The translations under genes and the position numbers were made by a program. A model generated the notes under the pieces. It was not told the origin of the DNA. It made no database searches and saw only the letters and a program-made list of their open reading frames with translations. Below are positions 18,525-28,203 of a stretch of 64,000 nt of DNA, one piece after another. The stretch is from an uncultured Acidobacteriota bacterium (GTDB lineage Bacteria; Actinomycetota; Acidimicrobiia; Spongiisociales; ZC4RG35): the NCBI GenBank assembly GCA_963724825.1, contig CAVRWT010000003.1, positions 183,807 to 247,806 of the forward strand, in the 5' to 3' direction. The number at the start of each line of letters is the position of its first letter. Position 1 is the stretch's first letter.

Positions 18525-18573
18525 TGCCTGCCAGTTCGATGTCGGGGCGTCCTTCGAGGCGCCTGACTTTACG

Positions 18574-19215
18574 GTGCTCAGATCCCGGGGCAAGAGCGAC
18601 TTGAACGGGCCTGACCAAAAGGCCCGGTACAATCCGGTGCCCGTGCCGAGAACGACGCTGTACTTCGCCTACACCGCCTTCCTGGATCCCGACCGACTCC
18701 ACGCCGTGGCTCCGGGTGCCAGGTTCGCATTCACCGCTCATTTTCCGGAGACCAAGCTCGCCTTCGTCCATTCCGAGGAAGTGGGGGCTGTCCCCTCCCT
18801 CGTCCCCGATTCGGGTCACACAGTGTGGGGGGGCGTGTTCGAGATCCCGGACGACCAGGTCTCGTCACTGACCGGGGCCGAGGAAGCCGAGGGCCGGGTG
18901 GCAGGTTGGGATCAGAAGGCCGTTGATCGCGAGGGCAACAAGTACGACTGCCTGACGTTCGTGGCCAAAGGCTCACCGAACGGCGAGCACCGACCCGACA
19001 GCGACTATCTCGAAGTCGATGATCAGCGGCGCCCGTCATTGGGCCCTGCCCGCAGGCTGGGTGATGGGTCTCGAGGACCTTGGAGAAGATTCTTTCTTCT
19101 CTTAGACCTCGACCCGGGATGTCGCATCGGCGGCCGGTACCGAGAACAACCGGTACAGGCCGTAGGCGATGAGGCTCCCCACCAACGGGAAGACGATGTA
19201 TACCCAGAGTTGTGA
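18574..19215 (+). CDS. Gamma-glutamylcyclotransferase-like (AIG2/GGCT fold) protein; true start probably near 18640
   Basis: 'TTLYFAYTAFLDPDRL' matches the GGCT 'YFAYGSN' motif. The 3' end overlaps convergent aqpZ by about 110 nt. Confidence 0.45.
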   Translation: MLRSRGKSDLNGPDQKARYNPVPVPRTTLYFAYTAFLDPDRLHAVAPGARFAFTAHFPETKLAFVHSEEVGAVPSLVPDSGHTVWGGVFEIPDDQVSSLTGAEEAEGRVAGWDQKAVDREGNKYDCLTFVAKGSPNGEHRPDSDYLEVDDQRRPSLGPARRLGDGSRGPWRRFFLLLDLDPGCRIGGRYREQPVQAVGDEAPHQREDDVYPEL

Positions 19216-19776
19216 GAGCGCCGTCGATGATCCGGAGACCACGGCAGGAGCGAAGGACCGCGCCGGGTTCACCGACGCTCCCGAGAACGGAATGCCTGCG
19301 ATGTGGACGCCGACCAGGGTTAGGGCAATCGCCAGAGGTGCGTTACCCGGATTGCGCTTGGTCACCGCCAGGATCACCCACACGAAGACCGCCGTGAGCG
19401 CCACCTCGACCAGGATTCCCGTCGACAGCTTGTTGTACGTCGTGACAGTCGACTCCACAGCCACCCGGTTCGAGGCAGCCCACACCACCAGCGAGGCGAC
19501 ACCGGCTCCGGCGAACTGGGCCACCCAGTAGCCGATAGCGTCACTGAAACTGGTTCGGCCATCCAGGAGCATGGCCAGTGTGACCGCCGGGTTGAAATGG
19601 GCACCGGAGACGTGGCCCACAGCCCAGATCCCGGCGAGAAGGGCCAGGCCGAAGCCGAGACCCACGGACACCAGGATCGGGCCCTCGGTGGCGAGGTTGG
19701 CGAGAATCGCCATCGAGCCGAAGAACACCAGGATGAAGGTCCCCATGAACTCGGCGAGGTACTTGTTGATTACCAC
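19102..19776 (-). CDS. aqpZ: Aquaporin Z (MIP family water channel)
   Basis: Two NPA boxes, 'HFNPAVT' and 'SVNPARS'; 224 aa, six-TM pattern. Confidence 0.9.
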   Translation of the reverse strand: MVINKYLAEFMGTFILVFFGSMAILANLATEGPILVSVGLGFGLALLAGIWAVGHVSGAHFNPAVTLAMLLDGRTSFSDAIGYWVAQFAGAGVASLVVWAASNRVAVESTVTTYNKLSTGILVEVALTAVFVWVILAVTKRNPGNAPLAIALTLVGVHIAGIPFSGASVNPARSFAPAVVSGSSTALSQLWVYIVFPLVGSLIAYGLYRLFSVPAADATSRVEV

Positions 19777-19902
19777 GAGGTATTCCTCCCTAAAGGGGTC
19801 TCTAATTGGACACGGGTCGGTTTGCGGAGGTTTCTGCCCTTTCAGGCTATTTCGCGATCTCGCGACAACCTCGGATTTCCAACAGGCGACGCGCGAAATA
19901 GC

Positions 19903-19930
19903 GAGAGGGCTCCCGTTGGGGAGCCCTCTC
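19903..19930. terminator. Perfect 12-bp hairpin GAGAGGGCTCCC-GTTG-GGGAGCCCTCTC between rnpB 3' end and aqpZ
   Basis: Seen directly in the sequence. Not followed by a U-run, so it is a candidate factor-independent-like terminator or processing hairpin. A second inverted repeat, CTATTTCGCG...CGCGAAATAG (about 19847-19901), flanks it. Confidence 0.35.
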
Positions 19931-19934
19931 CACG

Positions 19935-20310
19935 TCTGCGAGCCCGTCTGTAAGCCGGATTCTGTCTAGGACGACCATCCATCTTGGCGCACCGTTGCCG
20001 TTGCGCTCATGCGGCCTACCCGGGACTTGATCGGCGGGCCACCGACGTCCCTGTTTGGCCTTGCTCCCGGTGGGGTTTGCCGAGCCACCCCGGTTGCCCG
20101 GGATGCTGGTGAGCTCTTACCTCACCGTTTCACCCTTGCCTGTTCCCGCAAGCGGGCCATCGGCGGTCTGCTCTCTGCTGCACTTTCCGTCGGGTCACCC
20201 CGCCTGGGTGTTACCCAGCACCGTGCCCTGTGGAGTCCGGACTTTCCTCGATCTTGCGACCGCGGCCGTCCGACGGGCTCACCATCGGGATTCTACGGGG
20301 CCGGCCGCTT
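19935..20310 (-). ncRNA. rnpB: RNase P RNA (bacterial type A), approximate ends
   Basis: The minus strand carries the universally conserved P4 strands. AGGAAAGUCCGGACUCC is the reverse complement of + 20231-20250. ACAGAAUCCGGCUUACAG is the reverse complement of + about 19951-19969. The 280-nt spacing matches a roughly 375-nt M1-type RNA. Overlapping + ORFs (20009..20725, 20055..20450, 20230..20589) are spurious. Confidence 0.75.
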
Positions 20311-20667
20311 GCGTCTACCGGCGAGCCATCCCGCTCCACCCGCCACCACCACGGCGACGAGGGCCAACCCGAGCACCGAGCCGGTCCCCGCTGTGCTCCC
20401 CCCGAGACTGGCAACCACGATGTACACCCCTGCAAGAAGCAGTCCGGTGACCGCGCCATGGAACCGCTCCGAGTGCGGTGCCAGGTGCCCCGCAACCCAG
20501 CCCCCAACCGCAAAGCCCAGAATTATCCCAATCAAAAGGCCGGCATCCGGTGTCTCAGCCCCGGCCAGGCTGAGCAGGAAGCTGAATAGAAAGGCGGCGA
20601 CCGTCGCCGTCAAGCCCCCAGCGCCGACACCCAAGCCCAGTGCGACGATGTTCAGGGCTGCAAGCAT
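20293..20667 (-). CDS. Hypothetical small membrane protein
   Basis: 124 aa with 3-4 predicted TM helices and a basic C-terminus. Its 3' end slightly overlaps the estimated 5' end of rnpB. Confidence 0.35.
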   Translation of the reverse strand: MLAALNIVALGLGVGAGGLTATVAAFLFSFLLSLAGAETPDAGLLIGIILGFAVGGWVAGHLAPHSERFHGAVTGLLLAGVYIVVASLGGSTAGTGSVLGLALVAVVVAGGAGWLAGRRKRPAP

Positions 20668-20688
20668 GTTGAGGCGATGTTGGCAGGC

Positions 20689-22131
20689 TCAGGTGATCGA
20701 GAGTCGAGCCTTCCACGATCTCTGAGCCGACCGCACCTCGACAAAGGCCTGCGTGAGACGCACGCGTTCGATCTTGCCCAACTCGCCTACACGCACCTGT
20801 TCGTCAATCGTCTCGCCGGCCTTCCAACGCCGCAATTGATGGAGGAGGCGCACTTCCGTCAGCACCTCGAACGCCTCTTCGAGCGCGGAGGCCTCCTCGG
20901 GATCAACCACAGAGGCGACCGCTGCCGCCTGCAGTCGCCCCCGCGTGGAAGTGGAGGTGCTGCCCGCCTCGATCCCGAATAGGCGTCCAAACTCGGTGAG
21001 GGCACGCAGACCCCCAGCCTTGACGTCCACTCGACCACCCTTGGCAACGAGACGGGACCCGAAGCGTCGCAGGGGCGTGTCGTGTTTCACGGTCAACAAG
21101 GCGAGTCGGTGGACGAACGGGATTTGATGACGTGCGAGCTCCAAGGCATCTCCCAACACCGCGTCGCCGGGGAAGGACCCTGCGATCTGTCGGAAGTCGA
21201 ACACGATCTCGGTCATGAAGGCACGCTCCAGGCCGGGCTCCATGATCCACCTGCGAGTCCGCTCTATCCAGATCTCCGCAGGCAACCGCCATCCAGGCTC
21301 GGATGCCATGACCCCCGATTCGCAGCGGGGAATCCCACAGGCTTCCAGCCCAGCGACGACTCGTGATGCCAGATCGGCGAAATAGGGGTCCTGTTCGACA
21401 TCTTCGAAGACGAGGGCGTGGTCCTGGTCGGTTGCGATCGCCTGCTCGCGTCGGCCTTGGCTGCCCAGAGCCATCCAGGCCCAGCCACACGGCGCCGATC
21501 CGATGTCGTCTTGGGCGTGTTCGAGGAGTCGTCTCGTGAGACTGTCCGTCACGAGGCTTCTGACCTCAGAGGCACGAATCGGGCTCAGGCCGGCGCTGAC
21601 TATCGCGGCCAGCGCCGCCGGCACGTCTCTGGCGACCTCCGCCAGAGCCGATGGAGTGGTCGCCTCCGCTATCTCGCTCATCATTCGAAAGGGCTGGAGT
21701 GCCTCAGCACCAAGTATGTCGAAGTGGGAGATCAGCCCTACCAGGCGATGGCCATCCATCACGGGGAGGTGGTGATGATTGGTGTGAAGCATGTCCATGA
21801 CCACGTCCTCGACCAAGCGATCCGGGGTGACGACGTGCGCATTCCGGCTCATCACCTGCGAGATCGGGCCTTCACCCGAAAGCCCTGCCGCAACGACTCT
21901 GTGCCGAAAGTCTTCATCGGTGACGATTCCGATCTCATCCCCGTCGCGCACCAGGATCGCCGTCGATCCGGCGACACCCATCAGACGGGCGGCGTCGGCA
22001 ATCGTGGTGTCGGGCAGGCATTCAGGCACCGTCCGAGCCAGGTCGGCGGCATTCTGCAATCTGGGAGCCGCGATCACGTCTGTGTCAAGACTAAGTCCAG
22101 CTTCGGCGCGACATACGATGCGGCCAGCCAA
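20689..22131 (-). CDS. CBS-pair + DUF294 putative nucleotidyltransferase signal-transduction protein
   Basis: Two CBS-like segments ('GIVTDEDFRHRVV', 'LVGLISHFDILGAE') are followed by a DUF294-type nucleotidyltransferase region ('WAWMALGSQGRREQAIATDQDHALVF'). Confidence 0.6.
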   Translation of the reverse strand: MAGRIVCRAEAGLSLDTDVIAAPRLQNAADLARTVPECLPDTTIADAARLMGVAGSTAILVRDGDEIGIVTDEDFRHRVVAAGLSGEGPISQVMSRNAHVVTPDRLVEDVVMDMLHTNHHHLPVMDGHRLVGLISHFDILGAEALQPFRMMSEIAEATTPSALAEVARDVPAALAAIVSAGLSPIRASEVRSLVTDSLTRRLLEHAQDDIGSAPCGWAWMALGSQGRREQAIATDQDHALVFEDVEQDPYFADLASRVVAGLEACGIPRCESGVMASEPGWRLPAEIWIERTRRWIMEPGLERAFMTEIVFDFRQIAGSFPGDAVLGDALELARHQIPFVHRLALLTVKHDTPLRRFGSRLVAKGGRVDVKAGGLRALTEFGRLFGIEAGSTSTSTRGRLQAAAVASVVDPEEASALEEAFEVLTEVRLLHQLRRWKAGETIDEQVRVGELGKIERVRLTQAFVEVRSAQRSWKARLSIT

Positions 22132-22133
22132 TC

Positions 22134-22844
22134 ATGATCGAGTTTCTCGCCTCTGTGCCATCACTTCTGGTGGCATCCGACTTCGACGGCACCCTCAGTG
22201 AGCTGATCGATGACATTCTGGCTGCCACGCCCCTCCCCCGATCGCGGGACGCCCTGAGCCGATTGGCGGGGACACCGGGAACCCATGTCGCCATCGTCTC
22301 GGGGAGGCGCCGCTCAGACCTCGTCGAGCGCTTTCCTGACAGGCGACTGATCCTGATCGGCGAGCATGGCGCCGACGCCGGTGGGGGTGTCCAGACCGAG
22401 GCTCCGGTACTCGACGCGGTGCGGGGCCGGATCAGCGAGCTCGGAGCCCAGGTCCCCGGCTCGGTTGTCGAGCAGAAGAACCACTCAGTCGTGTTCCACT
22501 ACCGAACAGCACACGATTACGTGTCGGCGGTGGATGAGATACGTCGGATGGCTGCGGATTCGGTGGGTATCACGCTGCTGGACGGAAAGAATGTCCTCGA
22601 GTTGACCGACTCCACCACCAACAAGGGAAAGGCGATATCGGCCCTGCGCCTGTCCCTGGCCGCCGGCCACGTCCTCTTCATCGGGGACGACGTCACCGAT
22701 GAGACGGTGTTCGCCACACTCCGCCCGCCGGACGTGACGGTCCATGTCGGCAGCGGGCCGACTGCGGCCCAATTCAGCGTTCCCGACGTGGAGGCGGTGG
22801 CCGACCTCTTGGAAGCCTTGGCCACGGCACGGGAGGGCATCTGA
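22134..22844 (+). CDS. otsB: Trehalose-6-phosphate phosphatase (HAD-IIB)
   Basis: HAD motifs: motif I 'LVASDFDGTLSE', 'HVAIVSGR', and the 'GK...DSTTNKGKA' / 'LFIGDDVTDE' pair. Confidence 0.7.
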   Translation: MIEFLASVPSLLVASDFDGTLSELIDDILAATPLPRSRDALSRLAGTPGTHVAIVSGRRRSDLVERFPDRRLILIGEHGADAGGGVQTEAPVLDAVRGRISELGAQVPGSVVEQKNHSVVFHYRTAHDYVSAVDEIRRMAADSVGITLLDGKNVLELTDSTTNKGKAISALRLSLAAGHVLFIGDDVTDETVFATLRPPDVTVHVGSGPTAAQFSVPDVEAVADLLEALATAREGI

Positions 22845-23522
22845 ATGTGCGGGCGATTCTCGATCACGGGTGACCTCGACTTCTACGCCGAGTACTTCGG
22901 GGTAGATGACGTCGCGACGGAGCCACTGGCCCCGAATTGGAACGTCGCCCCCACCGACCCGGTCTACGTCATCGCCGAGCGCGATGGCAGGCGATTTCTC
23001 GACACCATGCGCTGGGGTCTCGTCCCCTATTACGCCGAAGACGACAAGAAGATCCACATCAACGCCCGGCTGGAGACGGTGGACACCTCAGCTGCCTTTC
23101 GCGAGTCGTTTGCCCGTCGTCGCTGCCTGATCCCCGCCGACGGGTTCTACGAGTGGGAGCCCGCCGAGCAGGGCCGGGCCCCACATTGGGTCTACCGGGC
23201 CGACGGGTTCCCGATGACCTTTGCCGGGATCTGGTCGACGAGGAAGGTCGGGGAGCAATGGGATCGATCCTGTTCGATCATCACCACCTCGGCCGAGGGC
23301 GTGATCCGGGGCATCCACGACCGGATGCCGGTGGCCCTGGTCCCCGATTCCTGGGATGTCTGGCTGGACCGCGAGATGCGGGACACCCAAGCCGCCCGGA
23401 GCCTGGTCCACGTGATCGATGCCGACCTGATCATGGAGCATCCGGTGTCCAAGAAAGTCAACTCGGTCCGCAATAACGGCCCGGATCTCCGGGAACGGGT
23501 GGAGCCGGAAACACTGTTTTGA
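22845..23522 (+). CDS. SOS response-associated peptidase (SRAP/YedK; abasic-site DNA-protein crosslink protein)
   Basis: Starts 'MCGRF' (catalytic Cys2) and continues '...WNVAPTD...MRWGLVP...PADGFYEW...'. Confidence 0.85.
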   Translation: MCGRFSITGDLDFYAEYFGVDDVATEPLAPNWNVAPTDPVYVIAERDGRRFLDTMRWGLVPYYAEDDKKIHINARLETVDTSAAFRESFARRRCLIPADGFYEWEPAEQGRAPHWVYRADGFPMTFAGIWSTRKVGEQWDRSCSIITTSAEGVIRGIHDRMPVALVPDSWDVWLDREMRDTQAARSLVHVIDADLIMEHPVSKKVNSVRNNGPDLRERVEPETLF

Positions 23523-25243
23523 TTCCGGACCAGGTTTACCCTGCCGATCGGTCCGGTACTCCCATGAAAACCATCTGCCTCTGCTTGGCCGCGCTGACGA
23601 TCGTCTCGTGCAGTGCCATCGTTGGCGAGACACCGACCGAGACCAGTGTCGGCACCACTCAGACATCCGAGCCGACGACCAGCACGCCCGCCGACCGAGC
23701 TTGTGTTCGAGTGACCGGCGGCTCGGCCCCAATCGCCACCGGGTCGATCGCCGGAGACGCTCTCTCGATGTCAGGGGAGATCTTTGTCTGCGCCGATGAC
23801 GTGGTCGTCGTCGGCGAGGACAGCGTCAACGAGGTGGCCGCGGCTGCACAGCTCGCCGCTGCTCTCGGAGGGCCGCTGCTGCACCCGCATCCCCAGCTCG
23901 CCGCCGAATTGGGCCGGCTCAAGCCAACCCGTATCCACTTGGTCGGCGACCTCGATGTGGTGACTCCCCCCGATGCCACGGTCCTACAGCACAGCATCAG
24001 CAGCGCAGTCGACGAGACCAAACTCGCCCTAGGGGTCGCCGACGAGCTCCGGCTTCCCTCCACTCCCGACGCCTCGACCATCGTCGAGACCATTGGGGCC
24101 ATCAACGCCCAGGATCGGGTGGTGCTCCCTCAGACCTCCCCGTCATCCACCTCGATTCCCCCCGAGGGCGCCTTCGAACCGACTCAGATCCTCGAGGGCC
24201 TGGCCCGGCCCACCGATGCCTCGACGATCTGGCTCATGGATGCGGCCAACCCTGTCGCCCTGCTCTCGGCCGCGGGCACCGGCAGAGCCGTCGGAGCCGG
24301 TGTGGTCGCCTACGACCCGGCTGACATCCTGGGCCACCCCGAGGTGGGCGCCGCCCTCGCCGGCAGGGCGCCAGAGGCGATCCGCTACATGGGCACCGCA
24401 CCTGAGGCCGACCCCTGGGAGCTCGCCGTTCTCGTGAAAGGCCAGCAGGTCCCGGGAGGCGGCTTCTTGGTCTATCCCGAGGGCCAGCCCAGGCGTTATG
24501 TCGCCTTCTACGGGCACCCCGAGACCACCGGACTGGGTGTACTCGGCCAGCAGGGACCGGAGGAGACCCTGGCCCGGATGCAGCCCTTCCTCGAGGAGTA
24601 CGCGGCCGACGGCTATCAGATCATCCCGACCTTCGAGATGATCGCCAGTGTTGCCAGCGCCAAAGCCACCGACGACGGCGACTACAGCTTCGAATGGCCG
24701 ATTTCCACCTTCGATGCGTGGATCGAAGTGGCCCGGGAAAACGATATGTACGTCGTGCTCGACCTCCAGCCAGGGCGGGAGGACTTCCTCACCCAGGCCA
24801 AGCAGTACGAAGAGCTCCTGAAGTTGCCGTTCGTCGGCCTCGCCCTTGACCCCGAATGGCGGATCAAGGACGACCAGGTCCATCTGGTTCAGACCGGTCA
24901 GGTCACCGCCGCCGAGGTGAACACGGTGGTCGACTGGCTCGGCGACCTGGTGCGGGACAACTCGCTTCCCCAGAAGATGCTCCTGATCCAGCAGTTCCAG
25001 AGCCGGATGATCGTGGATCGGGAGACGCTCAAGGCACGACCCGAGCTTCAACTGGTGATCCAGATGGATGGTCAGGGGCCGATCGCCACCAAAGACGACA
25101 CCTACGGGTTCCTCACCGAAGGCACCGAGAACGCCCCCTGGCGCTGGGGCTGGAAGAACTTCTTCACGATGGACCCCGAAACCCCCACACCCGCCTACAC
25201 CATCGCCAAGGTGCCCACCCCGGTCTTCGTGTCTTACCAATGA
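23519..25243 (+). CDS. Secreted lipoprotein, function unknown (Thr/Ser-rich linker, large C-terminal domain)
   Basis: Lipobox 'LAALTIVSCSA' after an internal Met (start probably about 23564). 574-aa ORF with no frameshift evident. Confidence 0.45.
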   Translation: MIPDQVYPADRSGTPMKTICLCLAALTIVSCSAIVGETPTETSVGTTQTSEPTTSTPADRACVRVTGGSAPIATGSIAGDALSMSGEIFVCADDVVVVGEDSVNEVAAAAQLAAALGGPLLHPHPQLAAELGRLKPTRIHLVGDLDVVTPPDATVLQHSISSAVDETKLALGVADELRLPSTPDASTIVETIGAINAQDRVVLPQTSPSSTSIPPEGAFEPTQILEGLARPTDASTIWLMDAANPVALLSAAGTGRAVGAGVVAYDPADILGHPEVGAALAGRAPEAIRYMGTAPEADPWELAVLVKGQQVPGGGFLVYPEGQPRRYVAFYGHPETTGLGVLGQQGPEETLARMQPFLEEYAADGYQIIPTFEMIASVASAKATDDGDYSFEWPISTFDAWIEVARENDMYVVLDLQPGREDFLTQAKQYEELLKLPFVGLALDPEWRIKDDQVHLVQTGQVTAAEVNTVVDWLGDLVRDNSLPQKMLLIQQFQSRMIVDRETLKARPELQLVIQMDGQGPIATKDDTYGFLTEGTENAPWRWGWKNFFTMDPETPTPAYTIAKVPTPVFVSYQ

Positions 25244-25282
25244 TCCTTTAGCGTTGGGCCACCAAACGCCAGGAAAGCCTCG

Positions 25283-26268
25283 ATGACCAAGTTCGCCTAT
25301 TTCTGCGGCCACGAGCAGTGGCAGCCCGAGGTCCTGGTCGAGCACGCCCGCCTCGCCGAGGACGCCGGATTCGACATGGTCGTCGTGTCCGAGCATTTCC
25401 ATCCCTGGGTGGACGACTTCTCGGCTTCCGGCTTCGCCTTCTCGACGATCGGGGCGATGGCCGCCGCCACCCAGCACATCGAATTCGCCACCGGGGTGAC
25501 CACTCCCCTGTTCCGCTACCACCCGGGAGTCGTGGCCCAGGCCGCGGCCACTCTCGATCGCCTGTCCGGAGGCCGGTTCACTCTCGGGGTGGGCACCGGT
25601 GAGAACATCAACGAGGGCCCTCTTGGCTACGACTTCCCCGACTATGCCGAGCGCAACGCGCGAATGACCGAGTCGCTCGAGATCATGCGTCGACTCCTCG
25701 ACGGGGAGAAGCTGCACATTCAACGGCCAGTACTACCGGACCGACCGGGCCAAGCTCTACTCGCCACCGCTGGGGCCGGTTCCGATCCTGATGGCAGCAG
25801 GCGGTCCCAAGTCGGCGACTCTCGCTGGAGAGCATGGCGCAGGGCGTGATCGCCTCGGTCAAGGACCCGGCAGAAACCATCGAGAAGGTGGTGGTCCCGG
25901 CCCAGGAGGGAGCGGCCGCCGCGGGCCGGCCGGCGCCGATCATCCTGGCCACGAGATGGTCGATCCTCGCCCAGGACGAGGAAGAGGCCTGGCAGGCCAT
26001 CTACCCGTGGCGGGGACTGCGGGCTCCCGGAAGGCTGGAGGCGGTTGACCCGGCTGATCTGAGGGCAATGGCCGATGCCATGCCCCGTGACGAGATCCTT
26101 GGCCGATACACCGTGGTGCGATCCCACGAAGACATCTTCTCGACCTATCGGCCCCTGGTGGAGGATCTCGGCGCCGACATCGTCGCTCTCCAGATGGCAT
26201 CACTCGACCAGCCCGATTTGATCCAGTTGCTGGGGAGCGATGTGCTTCCTCGCCTTCGGGCACTCTGA
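25283..26268 (+). pseudogene. LLM-class F420-dependent oxidoreductase (luciferase-like), interrupted by two +1 frameshifts
   Basis: The N-terminal part is ORF 25283..25849 '...GEKLHIQRP'. The middle 'FNGQYYRTDRAKLYSPPLGPVPILMAAGGPKSATLAGEHGAG' lies in a second frame (ORF 25791..26048). The C-terminus 'VIASVKDPAETIEK...' is ORF 25834..26268. Junctions are at 'cacattcaa' and 'gggcgtgatc'. Confidence 0.7.
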
Positions 26269-26274
26269 ATCCGG

Positions 26275-26937
26275 TCAGCCAACCCGGGTTATCAGTTCGA
26301 CCAATTTGAGGACGTTCTGTCCCGCCTCCGGGCTGAGGGTTTCGTCCGAGGCCGCCAGGAGCAACGAGGGCACCACATCCTGGAGGGCAGCGAGAATCAC
26401 CGCGTTGTCGCCGGTCGGAGTGTCCACCAATATCTCAACCGGCGAGATCAGCCGATCGGCAAGACCAGCCCCGAACGACGCGAAGAGGTCGAGCCGATGC
26501 CCATCCACGTCCTGGGTGACCAAATGGCGGGCGTTGCCCGAGTCGGGAGTCACGTTGATCAGGTGGAACTCCACCCCCGAATTGGTGGCGGTTCCCGCGT
26601 CGTCCACGGCGATGTCACCCGACAACACCTCGCCGAAACCTTGGGCGAACCCGCTCCAGAAGTTGGCGGCTATCGCTTCGTCGCCGTTCTCGAGCGCATC
26701 GGCGACCTCAGCCGAGCTCGCCCCCTCCGCCAGGGAAGCGAGGGCGGCATGGCCGGGCATCGCCAGCGAGCTTGCCGCTGCGAAGTCACCATCGACGAGA
26801 AGATCGTGCAGTTCCTCGACCGCTTCCACTGCCGACGCGGCGCCGGGGCCGCGGGTGATGGTGGTGTCGACACTCTCCGCACCCCGGCAGGAGACTGCCG
26901 CCACCACCAGAAACGCCAGGGCGGCCCGCCTACGCAT
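26275..26937 (-). CDS. Hypothetical lipoprotein (start inferred at 'MRRRAALAFLVVAAVSCRG')
   Basis: Signal/lipobox followed by an acidic Ala-rich domain. The upstream 26 codons overlap the next gene. Confidence 0.45.
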   Translation of the reverse strand: MRRRAALAFLVVAAVSCRGAESVDTTITRGPGAASAVEAVEELHDLLVDGDFAAASSLAMPGHAALASLAEGASSAEVADALENGDEAIAANFWSGFAQGFGEVLSGDIAVDDAGTATNSGVEFHLINVTPDSGNARHLVTQDVDGHRLDLFASFGAGLADRLISPVEILVDTPTGDNAVILAALQDVVPSLLLAASDETLSPEAGQNVLKLVELITRVG

Positions 26938-27469
26938 CCTCAGTGACCAGCTCGGGGATGCGCCCGGTGCGGTAGAGGGCTGCCCGCTTGGCGCGATCGG
27001 TGAGGCCCGTGGCAAACCAGAGCCAGATCAGATAACCCAACCCCACGAGGTCGAGGATCCACCGCCATGGGTCGTGCAGAGCCCGCTCCCAGGCCGATGC
27101 CCAATAGGGCATGACGCCGGCGGCAATGTCCCAGCCGAAGAAGGGCCAGAACAGGACCTCGGGCTCGGTCCACATCCCGTCGAGCAGGAGATGGAACAGC
27201 CAGCCGACGCCGAGGGCCATGAAAGCGCGCCGCCTTCTCCCCCGGCGGGTCGCCAGCAGGACGACTGCCATGTAGAGGGTGGGAAGCAGCAGGGTGTGGA
27301 AGTAGAGCTCGCCGGTCGAGAACCGCCTCGGAAAGAAGACGGTCCCCACGAGGAGATCCACCAGGTCGGGGAGGATCGCCCCAAACAGGAGAAACCTGAC
27401 GTCTACTTTCGGGTCCCGAAATATCCATCTGAACAGCCACAGGGTTGCCCCTGCGTGCCAGAAGAGCAT
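26930..27469 (-). CDS. Membrane-bound metal-dependent hydrolase, YdjM/DUF457 family
   Basis: 179 aa with four TM segments and conserved His/Asp positions ('FHTLLLP', 'HLLLDGM') typical of DUF457. Confidence 0.6.
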   Translation of the reverse strand: MLFWHAGATLWLFRWIFRDPKVDVRFLLFGAILPDLVDLLVGTVFFPRRFSTGELYFHTLLLPTLYMAVVLLATRRGRRRRAFMALGVGWLFHLLLDGMWTEPEVLFWPFFGWDIAAGVMPYWASAWERALHDPWRWILDLVGLGYLIWLWFATGLTDRAKRAALYRTGRIPELVTEDA

Positions 27470-27472
27470 TGC

Positions 27473-28180
27473 TCAGGGAACCAGGATCCGACGGCAGTGG
27501 ACGCACCGCGGGATCTCGGCGTCGAGGGCTTCGGCGGCTTCGGCGGCGGACAGCGCCATGTGACAACCGCCGCAGACGCCATGTTCGAACCGCCCGATGG
27601 CGACGCCCTCCTTTGACAGGCGCAGCTTCTCGTACATCTCGAGGAGGTCGGGAGGAATGGGGACGATCGCTTCCTTCTTCCGCTCCTCTTTGCGAGCCAG
27701 TTCGGCGTCGATCTGCTTCCACTCCGCCTTGATCACCTTTTCGAGCGATTCCTTCTCGGAGGTCAGCAACCCGATCTCATCGGTGAGTTTCTGGGCCGTA
27801 TCCCGGGCCGGATCGAGGTCGTCGAGCAGGGCTAGAACCCGCTCCTCCATCGCCGAACGTTGCCCTTTGAGGCTTTGCACTTCGAGACGCATGTATTCGG
27901 TTTCTCGGGCGCTCATCCCACCGGCGTAGAGCCTGGTCTCATGTTCGGTGAGCTTGCTCTCCAACATCTCCAACTCGCCCTCGCTCTTGTCGAAGTCGAG
28001 CTCCATCGTCTTCAGAATGTCCGACGCCTCGACCAGCTCCTTCTCGAGGGCGGCCTGCTTCTCGTGGGCCTGGCGATAGGCGTCGAGCTCGGGCAGTGAC
28101 TTGCGCCTGTCGAGGAGGCGATCGATCTGGAGATCTAGGTCTTGGACATCGAGCAGGTCGGCAAGGCTCGTGATCTCCAT
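27473..28180 (-). CDS. Zinc-ribbon/coiled-coil protein (COG1579, DUF164), conserved partner of Nif3
   Basis: Long coiled coil, then the C-terminal C4 ribbon 'CGGCHM...CVHCRRIL'. Starts at 'MEITSLADLL' within ORF 27473..29173. Confidence 0.75.
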   Translation of the reverse strand: MEITSLADLLDVQDLDLQIDRLLDRRKSLPELDAYRQAHEKQAALEKELVEASDILKTMELDFDKSEGELEMLESKLTEHETRLYAGGMSARETEYMRLEVQSLKGQRSAMEERVLALLDDLDPARDTAQKLTDEIGLLTSEKESLEKVIKAEWKQIDAELARKEERKKEAIVPIPPDLLEMYEKLRLSKEGVAIGRFEHGVCGGCHMALSAAEAAEALDAEIPRCVHCRRILVP

Positions 28181-28203
28181 GAAGGCCGGAGGGTAGCGGT
28201 GGC

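Noticed and set aside
20009-20725. 238-, 131- and 119-aa + strand ORFs
   Set aside because: They overlap the RNase P RNA gene. The region carries conserved P4 RNA motifs, not protein signatures.
24143-25723. 526-aa minus-strand ORF
   Set aside because: Antisense to the lipoprotein gene and the LLM oxidoreductase. It has a Gly/Asp/His-rich off-frame composition.
26240-27616. 458-aa + strand ORF and 260-aa minus ORF 26940..27722
   Set aside because: Off-frame or antisense to the lipoprotein and YdjM-like genes, with poly-Arg/Pro composition.
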